Source: Roseburia sp.
GTDB taxonomy: Bacteria > Bacillota > Clostridia > Lachnospirales > Lachnospiraceae
DNA: 64,000 nucleotides
Direction of reading: 5' to 3'
NCBI GenBank assembly: GCA_022771695.1
Contig: JALEKJ010000060.1
Span: forward strand, 49,397 to 113,396
Positions 1 to 9,675 of the stretch are shown here, one piece after another; the first letter of the stretch is position 1; every line of letters begins with the position of its first letter. The notes under the pieces are model-generated. The model saw only the letters and a program-made list of their open reading frames with translations, was not told where the DNA came from and ran no database searches. Both the position numbers and the translations under genes were made by a program.

Positions 1-82
1 CCGAAGTGCGCATCAGTACCATATACCGTGTGCGAAGCACATGGTAAAATCCTGAGGTCAAGAGTATAGGAGGAATATTCAT

Positions 83-340
83 ATGTACGATGAGGTTTGT
101 TTAAAGGCTTTTTTAGAACAGCAGGAGAAGCTGTTTAAAGAACCGGTAGCAGAGAACATAGAAGAAGCAGAGGAGTTCTTAGAGGATTGCATGGCGGTCG
201 TTGTTAAGAACATCAAAGAGGTCCGTGCGTATTTTGACGCTGAGGGTGCGGATATTTCCGGTATGAGCAATGAAGAGTTGGAAGAAGCAAGCGAGGTATT
301 TTCATTGCCGGATGGCAGATATCTGATTGTAGAAGCTTAA
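83..340 (+). CDS. small acidic hypothetical protein (85 aa)
   Basis: ATG at 83 preceded by AGGAGG (68-73). Glu/Asp-rich. No family recognised. Confidence 0.5.
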   Translation: MYDEVCLKAFLEQQEKLFKEPVAENIEEAEEFLEDCMAVVVKNIKEVRAYFDAEGADISGMSNEELEEASEVFSLPDGRYLIVEA

Positions 341-361
341 TGAGAAAAGTGAGGGATTAAC

Positions 362-1759
362 ATGAAGAATTACGATGTAATTATTATTGGTGCCGGTCCG
401 TCCGGTATCTTTTGTGCGTATGAGCTGATTCATGCAAAAAAGGACCTTAAGGTTCTGATGATTGAGAAAGGAAGAAGAATTGAAAACCGTGAGTGCCCAA
501 AACGTAAGACGAAGGTGTGTGTGGGCTGTAAACCGTGTTCCATCACAACCGGATTTGCGGGAGCGGGAGCATTTTCCGACGGAAAGCTTTCTCTGTCACC
601 GGATGTAGGTGGTAATTTACCGGAAATCCTTGGCTATGACAAGACGGTAGAATTATTAAAGGAATCGGATGACATCTACCTGAAGTTCGGTGCAGATACG
701 AAAGTATACGGTGTGGATAAGGAAAAAGAAATCCGTGAGATTCGTAGAAAAGCAATCAATGCGAACCTAAAGCTGATTGAATGTCCAATCCGTCATCTTG
801 GAACGGAAGAGGGGTATAAGATTTATTCCAGACTTCAGGAGCATCTGTTAGAAGAAGGCGTGGACATGGAATTTAATACGATGGTAAAGGATATCATCAT
901 CGAGGACAATCAGGTTCAGGGAGTTGTCACAGACAAAGATGAGACTTATACCGCCAAGGAAGTGATTTCCGCTGTCGGACGTGAGGGTGCGGACTGGTTT
1001 TCACATATATGTCAGCAGCATGACATAGAGACCAAAGTCGGTACGGTAGATGTCGGCGTCCGCGTGGAAGTGCGCGATGAGGTTATGGAGTTCTTAAATG
1101 AGAATTTATACGAAGCGAAGCTAGTTTATCATACGCCGACATTCGATGATAAGGTGCGTACATTCTGTACGAACCCATCCGGAGAAGTTGCAACAGAGTA
1201 CTACGACAATGGGCTTGCAGTGGTAAACGGACACGCGTATAAGTCGAAAGATTTAAAGACAAATAATACAAACTTTGCGATATTGGTATCTAAGAACTTT
1301 ACCAAGCCGTTTAAGACACCAATCGAGTATGGTAAGCAGATTGCGCAGCTTTCCAATATGCTCTGCGATGGAAAGATACTGGTGCAAACATTCGGTGACT
1401 TCCGGCGTGGAAGAAGAACGACAGAAGAGCGCTTGTGCAGAAATAATTTGATTCCAACACTGAAAGACGCGGTACCGGGTGATTTGTCTTTGGTATTCCC
1501 GCATCGTATTATGGTGGATATTGAAGAGATGATTTTAGCATTGGATAAAGTGACACCGGGTATTGCAAGTGATGAGACACTGCTTTACGGAGTAGAGGTT
1601 AAATTCTATTCCAATAAGGTTGTTGTCAATGCGGATTTCGAGACCAGTGTCAAGGGGCTTCGTGCCATCGGTGACGGGGCTTCCGTGACCAGAGGATTAC
1701 AGCAGGCATCTGCAAATGGTATTTCTGTAGCAAGAAGTATATTAAATGCAATGGGATAA
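362..1759 (+). CDS. FAD-dependent dehydrogenase-like protein (COG2509-type)
   Basis: N-terminal DVIIIGAGPSGIF dinucleotide-binding motif. 465 aa. GAGGG RBS upstream. Confidence 0.7.
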   Translation: MKNYDVIIIGAGPSGIFCAYELIHAKKDLKVLMIEKGRRIENRECPKRKTKVCVGCKPCSITTGFAGAGAFSDGKLSLSPDVGGNLPEILGYDKTVELLKESDDIYLKFGADTKVYGVDKEKEIREIRRKAINANLKLIECPIRHLGTEEGYKIYSRLQEHLLEEGVDMEFNTMVKDIIIEDNQVQGVVTDKDETYTAKEVISAVGREGADWFSHICQQHDIETKVGTVDVGVRVEVRDEVMEFLNENLYEAKLVYHTPTFDDKVRTFCTNPSGEVATEYYDNGLAVVNGHAYKSKDLKTNNTNFAILVSKNFTKPFKTPIEYGKQIAQLSNMLCDGKILVQTFGDFRRGRRTTEERLCRNNLIPTLKDAVPGDLSLVFPHRIMVDIEEMILALDKVTPGIASDETLLYGVEVKFYSNKVVVNADFETSVKGLRAIGDGASVTRGLQQASANGISVARSILNAMG

Positions 1760-1773
1760 TAAGGGTAAATCAC

Positions 1774-2778
1774 ATGAAGAGAAAGAAGATTGGTACAAAG
1801 TGGCTGCGTATACTTAGCGCAGCCACTTGTATGACGCTTCTGTTGTCCGGATGTCAGATTGGGGATAAGGATATCGTGATATCTAAGACTCTGAACAACA
1901 GGCAGGTGTTTAAAATCGATCGAAGTATTTGTGAACTGAAAGAAGTGAAAGTTTATCTGGCAAATTATCAGAACCTCTATGGTACGGCATATACCATAAA
2001 TCTCTGGCAACATGATTTTGGTGACAATTCTCTGGCTGATTATGTCAAGGATGTCACGCTAGAAGAACTGACAAGAGTATATTGCATGGATCTTTTGGCA
2101 GAATCGGAAGGAATCGCTTTGTCCGAGAATGAGCAGCAAAATGTTTCGGATGCCGCAGAAGAGTATTATGACTCCTTGTCCAGAGAGGAAATTTTTTATA
2201 TGGGGGTTTCTGAAGCAGATATCGAGGAGTATTATGCACATTATGCATTAGCGCAAAAGTTATATCATTCGCTGACTGACGGTGTCAATGAAGAGGTAAG
2301 CGATGATGAGGCGCGCGTGATAGAAATCATGCAGATTTTTGTTACGAATGGTGAGGATGCGACTGTGGTAAGACAAAAGCTTTCAAATGGAGATGACTTT
2401 GCGGCTGTGGCAAACAATTATAATGAATTAGCTGCAATTCAGGTGACGGTGTCACGGGATGATTTGCCGGAGGAAGTGGAGGAAGTGGCATTCCGGTTGG
2501 ATAACGATGAGATTTCTCAGATGATTACAACAGAGAACGGATACTATTTTGTCAAGTGTCTGAATAAATATAATGTGGAGCTGACCGAGGAAAACAAGGC
2601 GAATATTGTGGAGAAGCGACAAAAAGAGGCATTTGATGATGTATATAATGAGTTTGTTGCTGCGAGAGAATCATATCTGAATGTAGAATTATGGGAAGAA
2701 CTCACATTAGAAACAGAGAAAGATATTGCAACAAATAGTTTTTTTGCAGTATTTGAAACATATTGTGGTGATATTTAG
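1774..2778 (+). CDS. PrsA/SurA-like peptidyl-prolyl isomerase lipoprotein
   Basis: Signal peptide ending in lipobox LLLSGC. C-terminal parvulin-like segment (..ENGYYFVKC..). Confidence 0.55.
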   Translation: MKRKKIGTKWLRILSAATCMTLLLSGCQIGDKDIVISKTLNNRQVFKIDRSICELKEVKVYLANYQNLYGTAYTINLWQHDFGDNSLADYVKDVTLEELTRVYCMDLLAESEGIALSENEQQNVSDAAEEYYDSLSREEIFYMGVSEADIEEYYAHYALAQKLYHSLTDGVNEEVSDDEARVIEIMQIFVTNGEDATVVRQKLSNGDDFAAVANNYNELAAIQVTVSRDDLPEEVEEVAFRLDNDEISQMITTENGYYFVKCLNKYNVELTEENKANIVEKRQKEAFDDVYNEFVAARESYLNVELWEELTLETEKDIATNSFFAVFETYCGDI

Positions 2779-2809
2779 TTGCATGGTACATAGGAATTGA
2801 GGTGTTATT

Positions 2810-4153
2810 GTGACAAAAGATATGACAGATGGATCACCGATGAAATTGATATTAGGATTTTCGGTGCCGCTATTATTTGGTTTTTTGTTTCAACAGTTTT
2901 ATAATCTGGTAGACACATTGATTGTAGGCCGATTTTTGGGTGTAGATGCACTGGCTGCGGTAGGCTCTACCGGTTCGCTGAATTTTCTGATTATCGGCTT
3001 TTGTATGGGCGTTTGCAATGGGTTCGCGATTCCGCTGGCACATAAGTTTGGAGCAGGAGATTACCGTGGGATGCGTGCATTTATGATGAATGCGGTGTAT
3101 CTGGCAGTTATCTTTTCTGTTGTGATGACAGTGCTTACGGTTATTTTTTGCAGGTCAATTTTACAGTTGATGCAGACGCCGGAAAATATCATTGATGAAG
3201 CATATTCTTATATCGTGATTATATTTCTCGGGATTCCGGCAACCTATCTGTATAATCTGATTTCAGGTATCATCCGCTCTATGGGAGACAGCAAGACGCC
3301 GGTGATTTTTGTGACGCTTGCATCTGTGCTTAATATTGCACTGGATTTGATCTTAATTGTGGGTGCAGATATGGGGGTGGCAGGAGCGGCGCTTGCGACT
3401 GTCATTTCGCAGTTGATATCCGGTGGCGGCTGTCTGATTTACAGTTTAAAGAAGTTTGAAATATTGCATACCAGTGCCGATGAACGTAAGATGAATGGTT
3501 CTTATATGATGACGCTGTGTGGTATGGGTGTACCGATGGGATTACAGTATTCCATCACGGCAATCGGCAGTGTCATCCTGCAGAGTGCTGTCAATACGCT
3601 TGGCTCCAATGCGGTGGCATCCATGACGGCGGGAAGCAAGATTAGCATGTTCTTCTGTTGCCCGTTTGATGCACTTGGTTCCACCATGGCAACGTACGGT
3701 GGACAGAATGTGGGAGCAAAGAAGTTAGAGCGTGTGAAGGAAGGATTAAAGGCAGCATCTGTTCTTGGAACAATTTATGCGATTGCAGCATTTGTCATTC
3801 TTTTCTTTACAGGCGAGAAACTTGCGACGTTCTTTGTAGAAACGGCATCGCCGGAGGTTATCTCAAATGCGCATCTGTTCCTAATTATCAACAGCGCATT
3901 CTATATACCGCTGTTGTTTGTCAATGTGGTGCGTTTCTTAATTCAGGGAATGGGTTACAGCAAATTTGCAATTTTTGCAGGTGTATTTGAGATGGTTGCA
4001 AGGGCACTGGTGGGATTTGCGTTTGTTCCGGTATTTGGTTTCACGGCAGCTTGTTGTGCAAGTCCGGTGGCATGGATATTTGCAGATGCTTTTCTGTTTC
4101 CGGCATTTTTCCATGTGTTCAATAAAACAAAGAAAATATTAAAAGTAGATTAA
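2810..4153 (+). CDS. MATE family efflux transporter
   Basis: 447 aa polytopic membrane protein with a MATE-like N-terminus (PMKLILGFSVPLLFGFLFQQFYNLVDTLIVGRFLG). GTG start after GAGGTG. Confidence 0.8.
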   Translation: MTKDMTDGSPMKLILGFSVPLLFGFLFQQFYNLVDTLIVGRFLGVDALAAVGSTGSLNFLIIGFCMGVCNGFAIPLAHKFGAGDYRGMRAFMMNAVYLAVIFSVVMTVLTVIFCRSILQLMQTPENIIDEAYSYIVIIFLGIPATYLYNLISGIIRSMGDSKTPVIFVTLASVLNIALDLILIVGADMGVAGAALATVISQLISGGGCLIYSLKKFEILHTSADERKMNGSYMMTLCGMGVPMGLQYSITAIGSVILQSAVNTLGSNAVASMTAGSKISMFFCCPFDALGSTMATYGGQNVGAKKLERVKEGLKAASVLGTIYAIAAFVILFFTGEKLATFFVETASPEVISNAHLFLIINSAFYIPLLFVNVVRFLIQGMGYSKFAIFAGVFEMVARALVGFAFVPVFGFTAACCASPVAWIFADAFLFPAFFHVFNKTKKILKVD

Positions 4154-4168
4154 ATAATAGGAGACCCT

Positions 4169-4996
4169 ATGTTAGAGTTTTTTAAAGCAATTATTTTTGG
4201 TATCGTAGAGGGAATTACGGAATGGCTGCCAATTAGCAGCACCGGACATATGATTTTATTAAATGAGTTTCTGACTTTGAATGTCAGCAAAGCATTTTGG
4301 GATATGTTTTTGGTAGTCATTCAGTTGGGGGCGATTTTGGCAGTTGTAGTGCTGTTTTGGAATCAAATTTGGCCGTTTGCATTGACCAAAGGGAAGGTTG
4401 CCGTGAAGATGGAGATTATCATCAACTGGATGAAAATTGTCGTGGCTTGTCTGCCTGCAATCGTATTTGTGTTATTAGATTTGGATGATATCTGTGATGA
4501 GCTGTTTTACAATCCAATCGGCGTATCGGTTGCGCTCATTGTATTTGGTATCGCATTTATTATCATAGAGAATCGCAACGCAGGGAAGCAGGCGCGCGTA
4601 GAGCGTATGAGTGATATCACATGGAAAATGGCAGTGCTGATTGGTCTTTTTCAGTTGCTTGCAGCGGCGTTTCCGGGAACGTCCCGTTCCGGTGCGACGA
4701 TTATCGGTGCGCTTTTGATTGGCATTTCCAGAAAAGCGGCGAGTGAATTTACGTTTATTTTAGCAATTCCGGTCATGCTCGGCGCAAGTCTGCTTGAGAT
4801 ACTGGATTTTGGATTTGCACTGACCGGAAGTGAGTGGATGATTCTGCTTGGCGGGATGGTAAGTGCGTTTGTCGTGTCTGTCATAGTCATCAAGTTCCTG
4901 CTGAGTTATATCAGAAAGCATGATTTTAAGGTATTTGGATGGTACCGCATTGCGTTGGGAGTTGTGGTGCTTTTTTACTTTTTCCTTATAAAATGA
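4169..4996 (+). CDS. uppP: undecaprenyl-diphosphate phosphatase
   Basis: BacA/UppP signatures GIVEGITEWLPISSTGH and PGTSRSGATI. 275 aa, multi-TM. Confidence 0.9.
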   Translation: MLEFFKAIIFGIVEGITEWLPISSTGHMILLNEFLTLNVSKAFWDMFLVVIQLGAILAVVVLFWNQIWPFALTKGKVAVKMEIIINWMKIVVACLPAIVFVLLDLDDICDELFYNPIGVSVALIVFGIAFIIIENRNAGKQARVERMSDITWKMAVLIGLFQLLAAAFPGTSRSGATIIGALLIGISRKAASEFTFILAIPVMLGASLLEILDFGFALTGSEWMILLGGMVSAFVVSVIVIKFLLSYIRKHDFKVFGWYRIALGVVVLFYFFLIK

Positions 4997-5018
4997 CAAA
5001 AGATAAACAGGTGAGAAT

Positions 5019-5786
5019 ATGAAAACATATGCGATGTACTTTAGCCCGACGGGTGGAACGAAGAAGGTTTTAGACATTTTGGCAGAGACATGGCAGATTA
5101 ACGGTTGGATTGATTTGTCGGAAACGGGTGAGACCATGTCGGAAGTAAGCTTCACTGCGGAGGATGTCTGTATTGTGGCAGTACCCTCTTTTTATGGACG
5201 AATGCCGGAAGTGGCATTAGAACGTATGAAGAGATGGCAGGGAAATGGGGCGTCGGCAGTGCTTGTTGTTACCTATGGAAACAGAGCATATGATGATACA
5301 TTGTTGGAACTAAAAGAAGAATTGCTTCAGAATGGTTTCCTTCCCAAGGCTGCAGTGGCTGCCGTGACGGAGCACTCGATTGTCCGTCAATATGGAAAAG
5401 GTCGCCCGGATGCAGCGGATAGGGATGCTTTGCGGGCATTTGCGCGAGCAATACAGGAATCTTTAGAAAAGGAAATAAAAAGAGGAGAACTGGTAGTACC
5501 GGGAAATCATCCATACTGTGTGCATAGCAAGTCTCCGATGATTCCGATGGCAACTGCAGATTGTACCGGCTGTGGAAGCTGCGTGGTAAGATGTCCGGTT
5601 GGAGCCATCAATTCGACGAATCCTGCGATTACGGATGCAGAAAAATGTATTTCCTGCATGTGCTGTGTGACAGTCTGTCCTTGGAATGGCAGGAAACTCT
5701 CGGATGAGCAGCTTGCCGGTGTGGCGGAAAAAATTGGAGCGGTCTGTGCAACCAGAAAAGAAAATGAGTTGTTTCTGATTAAATAA
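5019..5786 (+). CDS. flavodoxin-like domain fused to 2x[4Fe-4S] ferredoxin domain
   Basis: Two CxxCxxCxxxCP clusters (CTGCGSCVVRCP, CISCMCCVTVCP) follow a flavodoxin-like N-terminal half. Confidence 0.65.
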   Translation: MKTYAMYFSPTGGTKKVLDILAETWQINGWIDLSETGETMSEVSFTAEDVCIVAVPSFYGRMPEVALERMKRWQGNGASAVLVVTYGNRAYDDTLLELKEELLQNGFLPKAAVAAVTEHSIVRQYGKGRPDAADRDALRAFARAIQESLEKEIKRGELVVPGNHPYCVHSKSPMIPMATADCTGCGSCVVRCPVGAINSTNPAITDAEKCISCMCCVTVCPWNGRKLSDEQLAGVAEKIGAVCATRKENELFLIK

Positions 5787-5816
5787 AGGAAGCAGATTGA
5801 TGGAAGGGATATATCA

Positions 5817-7373
5817 ATGAGTATTTTAAATGTAGAACATTTGACACATGGATTTGGCGACCGTGCAATTTTTGATGATGTGTCTTTCCGCCTGTTAAAG
5901 GGAGAGCATATCGGATTGGTTGGTGCAAACGGAGAAGGCAAATCTACGTTTATGAATATCGTGACTGGAAAACTGATGCCGGATGAGGGTAAGGTAGAAT
6001 GGTCAAAAAATGTCCGAGTGGGATATCTTGATCAGCATTCTACTCTGACGAAAGGAATGACGATTGAGAGCGTCTTAAAATCTGCATTTGCATGGCTGTT
6101 TGAGATGGAAGAGAAGATGAATCAAATCTGTGATTCTTTGGGTGATGCAAATCCGGATGCGATGGATGCCATGATGGAAGAACTTGGTGTGATACAGGAT
6201 ACCTTGACCATGCATGATTTCTATGTTATTGATGCCAAGGTGGAAGAGGTTGCGCGGGCACTCGGGTTGTTGGAACTTGGATTAGAACATGATGTGACGG
6301 ACTTAAGTGGCGGTCAGCGTATGAAGGTGCTGTTGGCAAAGCTTTTGCTGGAAAAACCGGATATTTTGCTTTTGGACGAGCCGACCAACTATCTGGATGC
6401 AGAGCATATTGCATGGCTAAAACGCTATCTGCAGGAGTATGAGAATGCATTTATACTGATTTCTCATGATATTCCGTTTTTGAATGATGTCATCAATATT
6501 ATTTATCATATGGAAAATCAGCATCTTGACCGTTATGTTGGAAACTATGATAAGTTTCAAGAGGTCTATGAAGTAAAGAAGTCGCAGCTTGAAGCGGCCT
6601 ACCGCAAACAGCAGCAGGAAATCAGCGAGTTAAAGGATTTTGTGGCGCGGAATAAAGCGCGTGTGGCGACCAGAAACATGGCGATGTCGCGTCAGAAGAA
6701 GTTAGATAAGATGGAAGTCATCGAACTTGCCGCAGAACGTCCGAAGCCGGAGTTCTCTTTTCAGCTGGGACGTACACCGGGCAAGTATATTTTTGAGACG
6801 AAGGGACTTGTCATCGGCTATGATGAGCCACTTTCCAAACCGCTTGACATCGCGTTGGAGCGCGGACATAAGATTGCACTGGTGGGGGCAAACGGAATCG
6901 GTAAGACGACGCTGCTTAAGAGTATTCTGGGACTCATTCCCGCGTTAAAGGGAAGTGTCGAACTGGGCGAGAACTTAGAGATTGGATATTTTGAGCAGGA
7001 AATCAAGGGTGAGAACAAAAACACCTGTATTGATGAGATTTGGGAGGAGTTTCCGTCTTTTACACAGTATGAGGTCCGTGCGGCATTGGCACGCTGCGGG
7101 CTTACGACAAAGCACATCGAGAGCCAGGTGCGCGTTCTAAGCGGTGGGGAGCAGGCGAAAGTGCGTTTGTGTAAGCTGATGAACCGAAACACGAATGTTC
7201 TTCTTTTGGACGAGCCGACGAACCATCTGGATGTGGATGCGAAGGATGAGTTAAAGCGCGCATTAAAAGAGTATCGTGGCACGATTCTGCTCATCTGCCA
7301 TGAGCCGGAGTTCTATCAGGATATCGTAAATGAGGTATGGGATTGTTCCAAGTGGACGACAAAGATATTGTAA
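5817..7373 (+). CDS. ABC-F family ATPase (tandem ABC domains, no TM domain)
   Basis: Two Walker A motifs (GANGEGKST, GANGIGKTT), two signature motifs (LSGGQRM, LSGGEQA) and a charged inter-domain linker. Confidence 0.85.
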   Translation: MSILNVEHLTHGFGDRAIFDDVSFRLLKGEHIGLVGANGEGKSTFMNIVTGKLMPDEGKVEWSKNVRVGYLDQHSTLTKGMTIESVLKSAFAWLFEMEEKMNQICDSLGDANPDAMDAMMEELGVIQDTLTMHDFYVIDAKVEEVARALGLLELGLEHDVTDLSGGQRMKVLLAKLLLEKPDILLLDEPTNYLDAEHIAWLKRYLQEYENAFILISHDIPFLNDVINIIYHMENQHLDRYVGNYDKFQEVYEVKKSQLEAAYRKQQQEISELKDFVARNKARVATRNMAMSRQKKLDKMEVIELAAERPKPEFSFQLGRTPGKYIFETKGLVIGYDEPLSKPLDIALERGHKIALVGANGIGKTTLLKSILGLIPALKGSVELGENLEIGYFEQEIKGENKNTCIDEIWEEFPSFTQYEVRAALARCGLTTKHIESQVRVLSGGEQAKVRLCKLMNRNTNVLLLDEPTNHLDVDAKDELKRALKEYRGTILLICHEPEFYQDIVNEVWDCSKWTTKIL

Positions 7374-7381
7374 GCATATAG

Positions 7382-7424
7382 AAAAGGTCATGAGCCGGAA
7401 TTTTCGGTTCATGACCTTTTATTA
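7382..7424. terminator. bidirectional intrinsic terminator between convergent genes
   Basis: 16-bp stem AAAAGGTCATGAGCCG / CGGTTCATGACCTTTT with a 7-nt loop. A-run before the stem and T-run after it. Confidence 0.8.
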
Positions 7425-7441
7425 TGTCTGATATAGATATG

Positions 7442-8266
7442 CTAATTCTTCGGAATAAAGCTGTCAAAGATAAACAAATCAAAATGTTTCCGTGCTTCCT
7501 CCAACTGCTCCTGACTCTTAATCGTCCATGCGACGGATAAAGCGCCCAAGCGTCTTGCGACACGTCTGGAGAGGTTAGACGCATCGGAATGCTGATAGGC
7601 GATGAAATCCGGTCGAGTGGCAATGTTTGTTACCAGATAGGAGAGCAGCAGAAACAACGGATTGCCGCGATACTTTTCCTCCTTCCAGTATTCCATGCAA
7701 AGCTGACCGCGAACGATATCCGGGCGGTGTTTCCGGTACCAGAGCAGCGCGAGCGGATGGAAACATTCGATGCAGTATACGCCTTTGTAGTGAGAAAGCA
7801 TCTCGTTGACGAGTTCGCATACTTTTGTCTGGGCAACATCCAGCTTATATTCGATGATAAGTGGAACTTTGCCGTCTACGGTGGCAAGCACTTCTTGAAA
7901 CGTTGGAATTGTGGCATCGGAGCCTGCTAATTTCATCTGCAAAAGTTCTTCCAAGTCATATTCCCAGACATTTCCATCAATACCGCACATGCGTTTAAGG
8001 CTTGCATCGTGGAAAACAACAGGAATACCATCCTTGGAGAGCTGGACATCCAGTTCGATACCGTAGCCTGCATCAACTGCCTTGCGGAATGCAGGAAGGG
8101 AATTTTCCGGAGCCTCCGCCTGATTGTCGAACAGGCCGCGGTGCGCGTAAAGTACACCGTAGAGTGGTGTGCGGTCCGGTTTGCCGAACATGCGCGGAGC
8201 AACCAGAAACAAATACAGGACGAACAAAACAATAACAATGACTAAAATATGTAATACAGTACTCAT
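7442..8266 (-). CDS. membrane-anchored glycerophosphodiester phosphodiesterase family protein
   Basis: N-terminal TM helix. GDPD motifs HRG..ENS and ELDVQLSKDGIPVVFHD. Confidence 0.75.
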   Translation of the reverse strand: MSTVLHILVIVIVLFVLYLFLVAPRMFGKPDRTPLYGVLYAHRGLFDNQAEAPENSLPAFRKAVDAGYGIELDVQLSKDGIPVVFHDASLKRMCGIDGNVWEYDLEELLQMKLAGSDATIPTFQEVLATVDGKVPLIIEYKLDVAQTKVCELVNEMLSHYKGVYCIECFHPLALLWYRKHRPDIVRGQLCMEYWKEEKYRGNPLFLLLSYLVTNIATRPDFIAYQHSDASNLSRRVARRLGALSVAWTIKSQEQLEEARKHFDLFIFDSFIPKN

Positions 8267-8281
8267 AATAAAACCTTCTTT

Positions 8282-9565
8282 TTAATCTTCTACGTCAAAA
8301 TTTTCTAATGCACTTTGCTTTTTCTGCGGTTTTGTATCACCGTGTTTTACCATAAGCATCGTACAGAATGCCAAACATGCAAATACAAATGCATATGGGA
8401 ACAGAGTGCGGTAAGACACATGTTCAAGCAGAAAGCCGGATAAAATCGGAGTCACAACCTGTGCTGCCATTGAGAATGTGTAGTAGTAACCGGTGTATTT
8501 GCCGACATCTCCGGAGGACGCAATGGATACCACCATCGGAAGCGAGTTTACATTGATGGCTGCCCACGCGAAGCCGATAATGCCAAAAAATACATTCATG
8601 ATTGGATGATAGGTGTTAAACAAGCCGGCGCACAGGAAGCAGAAGGCTAGCAATACAACACCGATTAAAATCGTCTTTTTTCGACCGATGCGGCTGGCAA
8701 GTGCGCCGATTGGGATATAACTGATGATAGCGGCTACCGTAGCGACCATCAGACAGTCTGCATAACCGCCGTGCTCTAAGCCCCATACATGGGTTGCATA
8801 GCGGGAGAAAGCAGTGGTAACAGCGTTGTAAGCGATGAACCACAGTGCAATGGAAAGTAACATAAAGGTAAGGCTGCGTTTCACATCCTTTGGCAATGCC
8901 TTGTTGTCAGAAGAGGCGCTGCCGGACTCGGAACTTGCTGCAGAGTCATCCTCATATACCATTTCGTTCCGAAGCTTGTTTTCTTTGATGGTAAGGAAGA
9001 GTATGACAACACATCCGACCATAAAAAGTCCGACTGCAAGAAACAGCGGGAAATAATCTGGTGTTTCACCGTTTCCAACCAATAGTTTAATCATGATTAA
9101 AGAAAATACGCCGCCGATGGCGCCCATCAGATTGATGATGGCATTTCCTTTACTGAGTAGTGGCTTTGGCGTTAAATCCGGCATCAATGCGACTGCAGGG
9201 GAGCGGTAAAGTCCCATAGACAGAAGCACAAATAGGAGCGCTACAATAAAAAGTACAAGGTTTACGCTGTGGTCTGCCACCGGCAGAAGCATGAGAAAAC
9301 AAAATGCAAGTGCGGTTCCGGTTACGATGAACGGCATACGCTTTCCAATCGGTGTATTGATCTTGTCTGACAGAGAGCCAAAGAATGGAAGTAAGAACAA
9401 TGCAAGGACATTGTCCGCTGCCATAATGACACCTGTTATGGTTTCACCGAGATGGAAGGTGTTTTTCAGTATCAGTGGAATGACGTTGTCATACATTTGC
9501 CAGAAAGCACTGATGGACAAGAATGCCAGACCAATTAGAATGGTGCGTTTGTAATTTAGTTTCAT
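8282..9565 (-). CDS. MFS transporter
   Basis: 427 aa, about 12 hydrophobic segments with a central charged loop. AGGGGGA RBS. 15-nt gap to the downstream GDPD gene. Confidence 0.7.
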   Translation of the reverse strand: MKLNYKRTILIGLAFLSISAFWQMYDNVIPLILKNTFHLGETITGVIMAADNVLALFLLPFFGSLSDKINTPIGKRMPFIVTGTALAFCFLMLLPVADHSVNLVLFIVALLFVLLSMGLYRSPAVALMPDLTPKPLLSKGNAIINLMGAIGGVFSLIMIKLLVGNGETPDYFPLFLAVGLFMVGCVVILFLTIKENKLRNEMVYEDDSAASSESGSASSDNKALPKDVKRSLTFMLLSIALWFIAYNAVTTAFSRYATHVWGLEHGGYADCLMVATVAAIISYIPIGALASRIGRKKTILIGVVLLAFCFLCAGLFNTYHPIMNVFFGIIGFAWAAINVNSLPMVVSIASSGDVGKYTGYYYTFSMAAQVVTPILSGFLLEHVSYRTLFPYAFVFACLAFCTMLMVKHGDTKPQKKQSALENFDVED

Positions 9566-9675
9566 AAAAATCCCCCTAAGAAATAAAAATTTATACTTCT
9601 TATATTATACCTAAGAATCGACAAAAAGAAAATCAGTGTTTGTAAGCAGGAGGTAAAACATATGTAAAGAAGAAA

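Noticed and set aside
1-69. Open frame from the window edge to TAG at 67-69 (..PKCASVPYTVCEAHGKILRSRV*), possibly the 3' end of an upstream gene
   Set aside because: Only 22 codons are visible and no family is recognisable. That is too little to call a feature.
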